Positions 38,764-49,103 of a DNA stretch of 64,000 nucleotides are shown in pieces. Within the stretch, counting starts at the first letter, position 1, and each line of letters starts with the position of its first letter. Origin of the DNA: Alphaproteobacteria bacterium (GTDB lineage Bacteria > Pseudomonadota > Alphaproteobacteria > UBA9219 > RGZA01); NCBI GenBank assembly GCA_028278105.1, contig JANQEX010000074.1:6237-70236 (forward strand), in the 5' to 3' direction. The translations under genes and the position numbers were made by a program. The notes beneath the pieces were generated by a model that did no database searches, had not been told where the DNA came from, and saw nothing but the letters and a program-made list of their open reading frames with translations.

Positions 38764-39743
38764 TTTTCGCGCGGCGCGGCGGCGCGGCGGAGGCGGTCGT
38801 TGATGGCAAGGCCCAGCCCCGTTTCCGGTATGGGGCTGACGGCGATGGCGCGGGCGCCCGCCGCGTCCAGCGCGTGAAGCAGGACGAACAAATTCGCCGC
38901 CGCCTCGCGCAGATCGCCGCTTTCGCTGAGATTCACGAAAGGATCGGCCTTTGGAAACGGGCCGGGGCCGAAGGCAAGGAAGGCTTCGCCTTCCTCCGCG
39001 TCGTGCGCGTTCAGGCGCAGGCGCGCGCGCGGCGCGTAATGGCTTTGCAACTGGCCGGGCGATTTGGGATTCGATTCATTTTGCGCGGACGCGCGCGCAA
39101 GCGGGCCGATCACCGCCTCGATCTGTTCCGGCGCGATGCCGCCGGGGCGGAGAAGGGTGGCTTTCTTTTCCGTCAGGCCGATGACGGTGGATTCAACCCC
39201 AAGCGGACAGCGCCCCGCGCCCAGCACCATATCCACCGCGTTGCCCAGGCTTTCCGTCACGTGCCGGGGCGTGGTGCTGCTCAGGCGGCCCGAAGGATTG
39301 GCGGAAGGTGCTGCCACCGGCACGCCCGCCGCGCGCAGCAGGGCCAGCGCCACGGGATGCGATGGAATGCGCACGGCAAGGCTTGGCAGCCCCGCGCCGG
39401 CCAGAAGCGAGACGGGAGAATTCCGCGCGCGCGGCAGCACCAGCGTCAGCGGACCCGGCCAGAAGGCGGCGGCCAGTTCTTCCGCCCGTCCGTCCGGCTG
39501 CACGATTTCCTCAAGTTGCGCCGGATCATGAAGATGGACGATCAGCGGGTTGAATGCGGGACGGCCCTTGGCGGCGAAGATGCGCGCCACCGTCCGGTCG
39601 TTGGCGGCATCGCCGCCAAGACCGTAGACGGTTTCGGTGGGAAAGGCGACAAGCCCGCCCGCTTTTAAAATACGGGCGGCCTGCTCAATCGGCTCTTTCG
39701 CGGGCCGCGCGGCGTCGACGGCGATGAGTTGGGCTTGGGACAT
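38760..39743 (-). CDS. sua5: Threonylcarbamoyl-AMP synthase (Sua5 type)
   Basis: PTETVYGL, KGRP..NPLIVH, PSAN, SPGQLQSHYAP, AINDRL.RAA. Confidence 0.93.
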   Translation of the reverse strand: MSQAQLIAVDAARPAKEPIEQAARILKAGGLVAFPTETVYGLGGDAANDRTVARIFAAKGRPAFNPLIVHLHDPAQLEEIVQPDGRAEELAAAFWPGPLTLVLPRARNSPVSLLAGAGLPSLAVRIPSHPVALALLRAAGVPVAAPSANPSGRLSSTTPRHVTESLGNAVDMVLGAGRCPLGVESTVIGLTEKKATLLRPGGIAPEQIEAVIGPLARASAQNESNPKSPGQLQSHYAPRARLRLNAHDAEEGEAFLAFGPGPFPKADPFVNLSESGDLREAAANLFVLLHALDAAGARAIAVSPIPETGLGLAINDRLRRAAAPREK

Positions 39744-39987
39744 TTTTGCTGTTAGCAGGACTTCGGCTATCGCGGGAAAACCAAACTTTCCTCCGGGTGA
39801 TGTTTTACTTTGACAATCACCCCCGTCCCCGCTTTCGCGGGGACAGGCTCCGGTGGGGGGCCCATTTGATTAAAAACAATGGGATGCCCGCCTTCGTGGG
39901 CATGATGTTTTTCAAACTGAGACGCTACCTTTTGTTGACCTTGTTGGCCCTGGGTCAGTTGATTGATAAAGACTCTTTAGTTTTCCT

Positions 39988-40503
39988 TCAGCTTTCCTTC
40001 GCCGCCGCCAGCACGTCCTCCACATGGCCGGGAACTTTGACCTTGCGCCAACTCTTGAGGATGTTGCCCGTGCCGTCGATCAGGAAAGTGGCGCGGTCCA
40101 TGCCCATATATTTGCGGCCGTAGAGGCTTTTTTCGATCCACACGCCAAAGGCTTTGGCCGCTTTCAGGCTTTCGTCGGAGGCCAGCGGGAAGGAGAGGCG
40201 GTATTTTTTGGCGAATTTCCCGTGGCTTTCAATGCCGTCTTTCGAAACGCCGATGACGGTTACGCCGGCTTTTTTGAAACGCGCAAGGTTTTTTTGAAAA
40301 TCGCAGGCTTCTTTGGTGCAGCCCGACGTATCGTCTTTCGGATAGAAATAGAGAACGAATTTTTTCCCCTTTAGTTCCTTGAGCGAAACCGTGCCCATGG
40401 CGGTGGGCAGGCTGAAGGAAGGAGCCTTCGCCTTTGTCGCCGGCTTTTTGCCGCGTGGCGATGCCTTCGTTTTCTTTACAACTGCTTTACGGCTTTGCGC
40501 CAT
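39988..40503 (-). CDS. bcp: Peroxiredoxin BCP/PrxQ
   Basis: YFYPKDDTSGCTKEAC; GGAG RBS before ATG 40503. Confidence 0.93.
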   Translation of the reverse strand: MAQSRKAVVKKTKASPRGKKPATKAKAPSFSLPTAMGTVSLKELKGKKFVLYFYPKDDTSGCTKEACDFQKNLARFKKAGVTVIGVSKDGIESHGKFAKKYRLSFPLASDESLKAAKAFGVWIEKSLYGRKYMGMDRATFLIDGTGNILKSWRKVKVPGHVEDVLAAAKES

Positions 40504-40593
40504 TTTACATTCTCCTTGGGAAAAACCGGGAGGACCCGTTAGAGTGAACAAATTGTTGTTCCGTCCTTCTTCTGTCAAGCCTGTCCCTCGCCC

Positions 40594-43500
40594 ATGCGGT
40601 ACTTGCGCAAAGCATTGATCCTGTTTCTGGAAGGCCTGATGGCGCTTGTGGCGATGGCCGCGCTGCTGGTGGCCCTGTTCGTGGGCCGGCTGATGATGGG
40701 GCCGCTGACGACCACGGCGCTGACCCCCTGGGTGCAGCGCGCCCTCAGCTTCCCGGAACACAACATTGCCGCGGAAGTCACGCAAAGCATGATAACCTGG
40801 GACAAGACGCGCCGGAAAATCGTGCTGGACCTTGCCAATGTCCGTTTCCTCGATCCGCTGGGGCAGAAAGTGGCCGACGTCCCGCAGGTGCTTTTGGTGT
40901 TTTCGCCGCTGGGATATTTCGATGCGTCCCATTCGCCCTGGATTTTGGTCACGCGGCACCCGCAGCTTCATCTGCGCGTCGATCAAACGGGACAGTTGCG
41001 CCTCGGCGCGTTGCAGGCGGGCGAGTCGAACATCCTTGAGCGCGACGAGGAAACGCCCATCACCGCCGAAACCGTCAGCGAGCAACTCCAGGCGCTGGCG
41101 GGCAATCTGCAAACGCCGTTTGACCTGTTTTCGAACGTCAGGATCGAAAATCTGGGCGTGACCCTGATCGACGAGCCGCATAACGAAATGTGGAATTTCC
41201 GGGCGCCGGTCCTTTCCATGAAAAGGCAGGGACAGGATCGCGTCGGCGTCGCCACGCTTCATGTAACGAAGGGAAAGCTTGCCGCGGAGATTGATCTTTC
41301 GCTGCGCTATGCGGATTCCGACAAGCTGTTTCACGCCGGTCTTGCCTTCAAGGATATCGATTCCACGCTGCTGAGCGCGCGGGCCCTGTCTTTTGTTCCG
41401 GCCGATTACGTCAAGGCAAAGCTCGGCGGCGTGGCCGAGGCGGCCTTTGATGCCCATCTTGGCCTGCGGACGGCGGAGCTTTCGCTCAAGCTGGGGCCGG
41501 GCAGCCTGACGGAACCCGGAACTTTCCCGGCGCCGCTGAAAATAACCGGAGCCTCCCTCGCGGCCCATTACACCGGAAGCGACAACACGCTTACGCTGGA
41601 CAGCCTTGACGTCGCCTTCGAAAAAGCGGCGCTTTCCGCCACGGGCAAGGTGCAGTTCGGTGATGACGCGCAAATGGCTTCCGGGCATTTCCGGCTCGCC
41701 GGTCTGCGGCTGGAGCATCTGCCGGAATTCTGGCCGCCCGGCAAGGCCGCCAATGCCCGCGACTGGATCCTGGCCAACATGAAAAAAGGCCTTGCCGAGG
41801 AGGTGACGCTTGATATCGGCATCTCGATCCCCGGAACCGATTTCAGCCAGACAAAGCTCGACCGGCTGAAGGGCACGGTCAGGATGAAGGAGACCGAACT
41901 CCGCTACTGGGAACCCATGCCGGTCCTGACGAATGTCAGCGCCCGCGCCACGTTTGACGCGCTTCACTTCGACATTGCCGTGGAGGGCGGCGAAATGGAC
42001 GCCATCCGCCTTAAGCCCTCGCATGTCGTGATTTCAGGGCTGAGCGCGGAAGACCAGTATGCCGATGTGACGGCCCATATTGCCGGCCCCGCCCAGGATG
42101 TGCTGCGCGTGCTTGACCGCAAGCCGCTGGGCTATGCCGGAAAGATCCGCATTCCGCCCGCGAGCATCAGGAGCGGGCAGGTGGACGGCATCCTGAAAAC
42201 AAAGTTTCCCCTTATCAAGGCGCTGGAGCTGGACAAAATGAACCTGTCGGCCGAGGTCAAGTTGCAGGATCTGTCGGTGGCAAGGGTTGCAGACCTGTTC
42301 GATATTTCCGGGGCGAATGTGGTTCTGGGCGTCGATACGCGCGCCCTCAGCGTCGACGGCGACGGCCGGTTGAACGGCGTGAAGTCCCGCATCCGCTGGG
42401 ACGAGAAATTTTCGCCCCAGCCCGGCCAGCCGCTCAGCCGCGGCGTGGCGTCGGCCCGGACGCCGCTCGACAGCGCCGCCAAATTCGGCGTGGGGTTTCC
42501 CATGCGCAGCGATCCCATGCCCGTCACGGTCGTATACGACCGTTACCCGGATCTGTCGCGCCTGACCGTTTCGGCCGACGCCAAAAACGCCAGTCTTGAT
42601 CTTCCCGATATTTACTACCACAAGCCCGCGGGCCACGATGCCGATATCCGCGCCGTGCTGGAATGGGGCGGGGGCGCGCCCTTGCGCCTGCCGCAGATCC
42701 GTCTTTCCGGCAGGAACCTGAATGTCAAGGGAACGGGAGGATTTGATTCTTCCGGCAAGAACCTGAACAGGCTGACGCTTGATCCTTTCATCATCGGGGC
42801 CAGCAAGGCCAGGCTGGGTTACAGGAAGGAAAACGGCGTTTCCGAATGGACAATCGGCGGGAGCACGCTGGATGCGCGGGGGTATTTCCGGTCGGCCGGC
42901 AGCGCCGCGCCCGAAAAACCGCCGCCGCCCGGCCCGTTAAAGCTCAACGTGCGGCTGGACCACATGATGACCGGCGATGCGCCGGCGGCGCATCTGGACG
43001 ATGTGCGCGTCCGCGGCGTGCGCGATGCGCGGGGCTGGGTTTCGCTGAACGCATCCGCCACGGCGGACGGCGCGCCGGTCCGTCTTGTCCTGGCGCCGGA
43101 GGGCAAGGAAACCAAGTTGCGCGCCTCGACCCCGGATCTTGGCAAGCTCTTGCGCGCGCTGGACGTCACCGACACGCTCACCGGCGGAAAGCTGGAGATG
43201 GACGGACGGGGCGAGCCGAAAGGCGACGAACCCCGCAGCATTTTCGGCCATATCACGCTGAGCGATTACCGGGTCGGCGGCATGCCCTTTCTGGTGCGGC
43301 TGCTTAGCGCCATTTCGCCCGACGTGCTGGGCATTCTGGGCAATCGCGCGCTGCGCTTTGACGATCTGAAAAGCGAATATATCTGGTCGCGGGATTCCTT
43401 TATCTTCACCAAGGCCAACACCTCCACCGGCACGCTGGGCCTGACGGCGGCGGGCCGGATCGACCTGTTGCGCAGCGCCATCAATCTGGAAGGGCAGGTG

Positions 43501-43719
43501 ATCCCGGTCTATTTCGTCAGCCGGATTCTGGGCGCCATTCCGGTGATCGGCGATCTTCTGACCGGGGGGGAAGGCAAGGGCCTCTTCGCCGCCGCCTATA
43601 CGGTGAAAGGGCCGCTTTCGAAGCCGAAGATTTCGGTCAATCCCGTGTCGGTGCTGGCGCCCGGCATCATCCGCGACATCCTGTTTTCCGACCCGGACAT
43701 TGCGAAGGAAGATAAATAA
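40594..43719 (+). CDS. AsmA-like / YhdP-type envelope protein
   Basis: N-terminal TM anchor, long beta-rich body, C-terminal IPVIGDLLTG...SVNPVSVLAPG. Confidence 0.85.
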   Translation: MRYLRKALILFLEGLMALVAMAALLVALFVGRLMMGPLTTTALTPWVQRALSFPEHNIAAEVTQSMITWDKTRRKIVLDLANVRFLDPLGQKVADVPQVLLVFSPLGYFDASHSPWILVTRHPQLHLRVDQTGQLRLGALQAGESNILERDEETPITAETVSEQLQALAGNLQTPFDLFSNVRIENLGVTLIDEPHNEMWNFRAPVLSMKRQGQDRVGVATLHVTKGKLAAEIDLSLRYADSDKLFHAGLAFKDIDSTLLSARALSFVPADYVKAKLGGVAEAAFDAHLGLRTAELSLKLGPGSLTEPGTFPAPLKITGASLAAHYTGSDNTLTLDSLDVAFEKAALSATGKVQFGDDAQMASGHFRLAGLRLEHLPEFWPPGKAANARDWILANMKKGLAEEVTLDIGISIPGTDFSQTKLDRLKGTVRMKETELRYWEPMPVLTNVSARATFDALHFDIAVEGGEMDAIRLKPSHVVISGLSAEDQYADVTAHIAGPAQDVLRVLDRKPLGYAGKIRIPPASIRSGQVDGILKTKFPLIKALELDKMNLSAEVKLQDLSVARVADLFDISGANVVLGVDTRALSVDGDGRLNGVKSRIRWDEKFSPQPGQPLSRGVASARTPLDSAAKFGVGFPMRSDPMPVTVVYDRYPDLSRLTVSADAKNASLDLPDIYYHKPAGHDADIRAVLEWGGGAPLRLPQIRLSGRNLNVKGTGGFDSSGKNLNRLTLDPFIIGASKARLGYRKENGVSEWTIGGSTLDARGYFRSAGSAAPEKPPPPGPLKLNVRLDHMMTGDAPAAHLDDVRVRGVRDARGWVSLNASATADGAPVRLVLAPEGKETKLRASTPDLGKLLRALDVTDTLTGGKLEMDGRGEPKGDEPRSIFGHITLSDYRVGGMPFLVRLLSAISPDVLGILGNRALRFDDLKSEYIWSRDSFIFTKANTSTGTLGLTAAGRIDLLRSAINLEGQVIPVYFVSRILGAIPVIGDLLTGGEGKGLFAAAYTVKGPLSKPKISVNPVSVLAPGIIRDILFSDPDIAKEDK

Positions 43720-43737
43720 CGGGCCGCCGGACGGCGC

Positions 43738-44478
43738 TTATTTCCGCACCACGATCTTCTGGTAAAGCCCGCCGAAATATTTGGCGCGGCGGAAATCATG
43801 CCGCGCCAGTTCGGGAATGACTTCGTCCATTTCCCGCCGCCACAGGTCGACGGCGAAAGGCTCCAGCTTGCCGAGAACAGGTAGCAGCAACCAGCGCAGC
43901 GGATTATTCCTGTTTGGCTTGCCGTAATCCACGATCACCAGCTTGCCGCCGGGCTTGAGGACGCGCAGCGCCTCGCCCAGCGTGCGCTCGCGGAATAGCT
44001 GCGGCTGCTCATGCAGCAAAAAGAAAAGCAGCACCTGATCGTAATGCGCATCGGGCATGGCGAGTGCCGTGGAATCCATCTGCATGAGGTTCACCGGCGC
44101 GTCCGGCTTCAGCTTGCGCTTGAGGTTTTCAAGCTGCACCGGCATGACATCCAGCACGTCCAGCGCGCCGCCGCCCGCCGCCACGCGGCCGGCCAGGCGC
44201 GGCGTCAGATCGCCATAGCAGCAGGTGATTTGCAGGCTGCGCCCGGAAACCCTGTCGCCGAACTCCTCCAGCGCGGCGTTGCCCAGCTTTTTGTAGTTGC
44301 CGAGAAGGATGAGGTTTATCAGCCAGTCGCGCTCGAAAAACCTGACCGCCCAGGGGTCCACATAGGCCCACCAGTAATAGTTGTCGAGATAATAGGGGGC
44401 GTGGGGATTGGGCTTGCGGGCGAGAATGTCCGGCGCGAAGAAAGGCCGGGGCATGGGCGGGCTTTTGATCTGGAGCAT
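43738..44478 (-). CDS. rquA: Rhodoquinone biosynthesis protein RquA
   Basis: YL..YYWWAYV.P.AV.FFER.WL.NLIL.GNY N-terminus, QITCCYG variant SAM motif, FFLLHEQP. Confidence 0.88.
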   Translation of the reverse strand: MLQIKSPPMPRPFFAPDILARKPNPHAPYYLDNYYWWAYVDPWAVRFFERDWLINLILLGNYKKLGNAALEEFGDRVSGRSLQITCCYGDLTPRLAGRVAAGGGALDVLDVMPVQLENLKRKLKPDAPVNLMQMDSTALAMPDAHYDQVLLFFLLHEQPQLFRERTLGEALRVLKPGGKLVIVDYGKPNRNNPLRWLLLPVLGKLEPFAVDLWRREMDEVIPELARHDFRRAKYFGGLYQKIVVRK

Positions 44479-44580
44479 GTCAGCACAAAACCTTGCGTTT
44501 CGCCGAACTTATCAGCCGGGCATGAGTGGCGCAAAGGCCAATTTACGGTGCAACGACTCGATTGCCGGAACGAACCAGGA

Positions 44581-45825
44581 CTAGCGGATGGTGACGATGG
44601 CGTGGCGCTTTTTGCCGACCGACAGCCTGAATTCGCCGGAAGGCGGAACCTTGCCGCCCAGCTTTTCGCCGGGAAGAACCAGGGCGTCGTTGATTTTCAC
44701 GCCGCGCTCCTCAATCAGCCGCCGCGCCTTGCTGTTGGATTCCGCAAAGCCCGCGCGCACGATCATTTCGGCCACGCCCAGTTTTTCGGCGTCGCTTTGC
44801 GACAGATCAAGCCGGGGCAGGCCGCCGCCCGCCGCGCCCTCCTCGAATGTTTTGCGCGCGGTTTCCGCGGCTTCTTTCGCGGCGGCTTCGCCGTGGCAAA
44901 GCTTCGTGGCCTCGAAGGCCAGGATTTTCTTGGCCTCGTTGATCTCCGCGTCTTTCAGTTTTTCCAGCCGCGCGATCTCGTCCGGCGGCAGGTCGGTGAA
45001 CAGGCGCAAAAAGCGGCCCACATCGGCGTCCCCGGCGTTGCGCCAGAATTGCCAGTAATCATAAGGCGAAAACCGCTCCGCCTTCAGCCAGACGGCGCCC
45101 GCGGCGGTCTTGCCCATCTTGGCACCCGAAGACAGGGTGATCAGCGGCGTGGTCAGGCCGTAAAGCGACGCTTGCAGGGTTTTGCGTCCCAGCTCGGTTC
45201 CGTTCACGATATTGCCCCACTGGTCCGATCCGCCCATTTGCAACGTGCAGCCATGACGCCTGTAAAGCTCGGTGAAGTCATAGGCCTGCATGATCATGTA
45301 ATTGAATTCAAGGAAGGTCAGCGGCTGCTCGCGGTCCAGCCGCAGCTTCACGGAATCGAAGGTCAGCATGCGGTTGATGGTGAAATGCGGGCCAATCTCG
45401 CGCAGGAAGGGGATGTATTCCAGCCGGTCCAGCCAGTCGGCGTTGTTCACCATCAGCGCGCCGGTTTCGCTGTCGTCGAAGCGCAGGTAACGGGCAAAAA
45501 TTTCCTTGATCAAGGCGATGTTGGCGTTGATCTCCGCGTCGCCCAGAAGCCGGCGCGTTTCGGTCCGTCCCGAAGGATCGCCTACCTTGGTGGTGCCGCC
45601 GCCCATCAGCACGATGGGCCGGTGTCCCGTCTGTTGCAGCCGGCGCAGCAGCATGATGCCGGCCAGATTGCCCACATGCAGGCTGCCGGCGGTGGCGTCG
45701 AAGCCGACATAGCCGGTGATCACGCCTTTTTGCGCGGCCGCGTCCAGCGCCGTGGCGTCGGTGATCTGGTGGATATACTGGCGCTCGTCAAGCAGGCGCA
45801 GGAAGGGGGATTGAAAGTCACTCAT
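44581..45825 (-). CDS. tyrS: Tyrosine--tRNA ligase
   Basis: [27 protein letters not shown]-terminal S4 domain. Confidence 0.97.
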   Translation of the reverse strand: MSDFQSPFLRLLDERQYIHQITDATALDAAAQKGVITGYVGFDATAGSLHVGNLAGIMLLRRLQQTGHRPIVLMGGGTTKVGDPSGRTETRRLLGDAEINANIALIKEIFARYLRFDDSETGALMVNNADWLDRLEYIPFLREIGPHFTINRMLTFDSVKLRLDREQPLTFLEFNYMIMQAYDFTELYRRHGCTLQMGGSDQWGNIVNGTELGRKTLQASLYGLTTPLITLSSGAKMGKTAAGAVWLKAERFSPYDYWQFWRNAGDADVGRFLRLFTDLPPDEIARLEKLKDAEINEAKKILAFEATKLCHGEAAAKEAAETARKTFEEGAAGGGLPRLDLSQSDAEKLGVAEMIVRAGFAESNSKARRLIEERGVKINDALVLPGEKLGGKVPPSGEFRLSVGKKRHAIVTIR

Positions 45826-45919
45826 CACAAAGCCATTTGAAAAAAGCCGAAGGTAGAGCATTTTTCACTGCCGCTCAAACGGGTTTTGCCGGTAAGCTTC
45901 CCGGAAAGCACAGGAAACC

Positions 45920-46999
45920 ATGCCCAAGATTGCCCGCGCGTCCAAAACCGGTAAAAAGCCCGTGCTGCGCGTCATCGGCCTGATGAGCGGCACGTCGATG
46001 GACGGCATCGACCTTGCCCTGATCGAGACGGACGGCGAAAGCCTTGTGCGCCGCAAGGCTTTCCTGTGCGCGCCCTATGCGCCGTCTTTTCGCAGGAAAC
46101 TGCGGGGCGCTCTCGGCAAAAGAAAGGCGCCCGGCCTTGCGCGCGAGTTGACGCTTCTTCACGCCCGCGCCGTAAAAATGTTTCTGCGCAAGTTGCGCGT
46201 GCCACCCCCGAAAATCGATGCGCTCGGCTTTCACGGCCATACCATCTTGCATGCGCCGGAAAAGCGCATCACGGTGCAAGTGGGCGACGGCGGCATGCTT
46301 GCCAAAGAAACCGGCATTCCCGTGGTGTGGGATTTTCGCGGCGATGACGTGAAGGCGGGCGGGCAGGGCGCGCCGCTGACTCCCGCCTATCACCGCGCGC
46401 TGGCGGCGAAATGGAAGCAGCCTTGCGCTTTCGTCAATATCGGCGGCGTTTCCAATATCACCTATATTGAGGGCCGCCGCCTGATCGCTTTCGATTCCGG
46501 TCCGGGCAACGCGCTTTTGGATGACTGGATGCTGCGCAAGACCGGCAGGCTGTTCGACGAAGAAGGCAGGCTGGCGCGCAAAGGAAAGGCGGATCCGGCC
46601 TGGCTAAAGCGTTTTCTGAGCCATCCCTATTTCCGGCGCAAGCCGCCCAAATCGCTGGACCGCGACGCCTTTGCCGTTTTTCTTCCGCACCATCTTGATG
46701 CCGCCAACGGCGCGGCGACCCTGGCGGCGATGACGGCCGAAGCCATTGCCGCGGGGCTGTCGCGGCTGCCAAAAAAGCCCCGGCTTCTTGCCGTCACGGG
46801 CGGCGGACGGCGCAATGATGAACTGATGCGGCTTTTGCGAAAGGTCTGCGCCTGCAAGGTTGTCGCCGTGGAGGCCAGGGGCCTGAACGGCGATGCGCTG
46901 GAGGCCGAAGCCTTCGCCTATCTTGCCGCGAGAGCGCTGAAAGGCCTGCCGATTGCCTTTACGGAGACGACAGGGCGGCGGCGTCGGAACCCGGCTTGA
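45920..46999 (+). CDS. anmK: Anhydro-N-acetylmuramic acid kinase
   Basis: GLMSGTSMDGID, GFHGHT, GGQGAPL, DSGPGN; divergent from tyrS. Confidence 0.95.
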   Translation: MPKIARASKTGKKPVLRVIGLMSGTSMDGIDLALIETDGESLVRRKAFLCAPYAPSFRRKLRGALGKRKAPGLARELTLLHARAVKMFLRKLRVPPPKIDALGFHGHTILHAPEKRITVQVGDGGMLAKETGIPVVWDFRGDDVKAGGQGAPLTPAYHRALAAKWKQPCAFVNIGGVSNITYIEGRRLIAFDSGPGNALLDDWMLRKTGRLFDEEGRLARKGKADPAWLKRFLSHPYFRRKPPKSLDRDAFAVFLPHHLDAANGAATLAAMTAEAIAAGLSRLPKKPRLLAVTGGGRRNDELMRLLRKVCACKVVAVEARGLNGDALEAEAFAYLAARALKGLPIAFTETTGRRRRNPA

Positions 47000-48857
47000 G
47001 GGGTTTTGCCTTGCGGGGCGCGGTTTCTTTTTTGGGCTTGTTCTTGTCTTCGATTTGTTGTGCGCTTGGATCATTGCCCAATGTGGAATTTTGTTCCGTG
47101 GTGCGGTCGCGCGGAGCCCGTTTCAGATGGGGGGGAGCGTTTCTTGTGAGTGGGCCGTAGGCGGTATTGCGCGGATGCCGGGGTGGAAGCGGCACGGGTT
47201 TTTCTGTTTCGGTCACCCGCGCGGGAGCATCAGCGGGGGCTGAGGATTTTTGCTGCGCGGGCTTTGTTCCCGGCTGAAGGGGCGTGGCCAGAACGGGGAT
47301 GGGTGAATACTGCGCCATCACCTTTTTGGGATCGACATTCATCAGGGCGCTGAGAATGTGATGGGCATCCACCGGCTCCTTCAAAAACCCGGCCCAGTTG
47401 TTTTTTGATTGATGCATCAGGCGCTTGCGCCACGCGACGATGCCCGGCGGCGTCTTGTCCACCCCGACTGATCCGAGCTTTTCCTTTATCTGCCGGTCGA
47501 AGGCTTCAAAGAAGGCCTCGCGTATTTCAGGCCGAAGGTCCCTCTTGTATCCGCCATTGCTGGAAAGCCTGTATCTGCCATTCTTGGAAAGCAAACCCGT
47601 ATCGAAGGCCATGCGGATCACGCCTTCCTCCGGTATGCCCTTGCCCCTGTTCACGCCAATGACAGGATCCTGTAGCCAGTGTTCAATTTTCGGCGTTCGT
47701 GTCAGGGGCAAATATTTTTCCTTGAGATCCCTCAGCATGCCGCTGAGATTTGGGTCCAGTTCGGCTTTCTGGATAAGGGCATCCTGCACGGTTCTGGGCG
47801 CTTTGCCCTCCAACTCACTTGCAATGGCGTCCTGAACGTTTTCCACGATGTATTTGTAAACCGGGATTTGAAGCCATTCGTTGAAATCGTTCTTCGCCAT
47901 GTTTTCAAAAGCGGTCCACCATTCCGGGCTTGCCGCCCCCGGCTGGCGGGACTGGGCCTTGTTCAGTTCCTGGAAAAAGGCGGCGCTGAATTTCCCTTGC
48001 TTTTCAACATCGCCGGATGCTCCTGTCTCCGCGATCATGGTTTTAATGCGTTGTGGCAACTCGCGTTCAACAATGGCGCCAAGCGCGGCGGCATCATCTT
48101 TAAACCGCGGATGGGCGGCGATGATTCCTTCAACGAACGCCCTTCTGACCATGGCGCCGTCGCCGTCGGCCGCTTTCATGATGCCTCCGACGAGATAGTC
48201 GATAACCCGTTTTCCGTAGCGAATGTCCATTGGGCCGGGCTGGGGCCTTGACCGGGTTTCAAGGACGGCCTTCTGGGCCTCGGTGAGGGGCGGAGGTTCG
48301 GGCGGGGCTTCTGGAGGGGGCTCTGTTGTGGCCGAAGCGGTCCTTTGCGCTTCCTCGGCCGCGGCATCAAGGGGTGGAAATCCGGCGTTCTCGCGTAGCC
48401 GGGCAAGGTATTCGGGACGGAAAATGATGCGGTCGGAGTTTTGTGGCTCGTATCCCTCAAGCGGCATCGTGAGACGGCTTTCATCTTCGCGCACAACCTC
48501 GATCGTTCCATTTGGATAGGAGTCGTCCGCTTCGCCGACCGCATAGAGCGCGTCGTAGTATTTTTTTAGCTCCGACACGGTTAAGGAAAGCGTGGCTGTT
48601 CTCTGGACCAGTTTGGCGGCAGTCCGCAGGCTCAGGTCCCACCCGTTGCTTTCAAGATATCTGTCCGCCTGAGCCCTTGCATGATACATGATTGCATCAA
48701 GGCGCTGGTTATTGATGGCCAGCGCGTATTTGTATTTTAGCACAGGGTCTTTTTGCGCGGCGTCGATAACTTCCTCGCGCGTGGGGTATTGGGCATCGAC
48801 TTCATCGAGGAAGGCCCATCCGCTTTCCTGAAACTGCGATTCAAAAAATGACGGCAT
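46959..48857 (-). CDS. Hypothetical protein (632 aa)
   Basis: Long open frame filling a 1.9-kb gap, with a Pro-rich linker and low-complexity tail; no family recognised. Confidence 0.75.
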   Translation of the reverse strand: MPSFFESQFQESGWAFLDEVDAQYPTREEVIDAAQKDPVLKYKYALAINNQRLDAIMYHARAQADRYLESNGWDLSLRTAAKLVQRTATLSLTVSELKKYYDALYAVGEADDSYPNGTIEVVREDESRLTMPLEGYEPQNSDRIIFRPEYLARLRENAGFPPLDAAAEEAQRTASATTEPPPEAPPEPPPLTEAQKAVLETRSRPQPGPMDIRYGKRVIDYLVGGIMKAADGDGAMVRRAFVEGIIAAHPRFKDDAAALGAIVERELPQRIKTMIAETGASGDVEKQGKFSAAFFQELNKAQSRQPGAASPEWWTAFENMAKNDFNEWLQIPVYKYIVENVQDAIASELEGKAPRTVQDALIQKAELDPNLSGMLRDLKEKYLPLTRTPKIEHWLQDPVIGVNRGKGIPEEGVIRMAFDTGLLSKNGRYRLSSNGGYKRDLRPEIREAFFEAFDRQIKEKLGSVGVDKTPPGIVAWRKRLMHQSKNNWAGFLKEPVDAHHILSALMNVDPKKVMAQYSPIPVLATPLQPGTKPAQQKSSAPADAPARVTETEKPVPLPPRHPRNTAYGPLTRNAPPHLKRAPRDRTTEQNSTLGNDPSAQQIEDKNKPKKETAPRKAKPLKPGSDAAALSSP

Positions 48858-49103
48858 AAAAAAATCTGGTTAAATCCGGTTAAAGAATACCAGATCAGTT
48901 TCCCATGAACTGCTTAAAACACCTTAAAAGCATGGGATTTTTGCGTTCGGCAAAGCCAAGCAAAATCAAGGGGGCGGGAGGCGAAACCTCGCCCAAAACG
49001 TCATGATTTGTTAAAGAAGTAGGTGTCTCGATGGACAAGCTATCCTCAAAGACCCGCCGGAGCTTTAGCGAAGGCGGGCGAGGGGAGGGGAGTCTTCAGA
49101 TCA

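Noticed and set aside
39988..42024. 678-aa ORF suggesting a large BCP fusion
   Set aside because: The extension is antisense to the AsmA-like gene; BCP has its own RBS and ATG at 40503.
44011..45840. Long antisense ORFs (also 29038-30480, 34931-36223, 55419-56675, 58673-61405)
   Set aside because: Expected stop-poor shadows of high-GC genes; no motifs.
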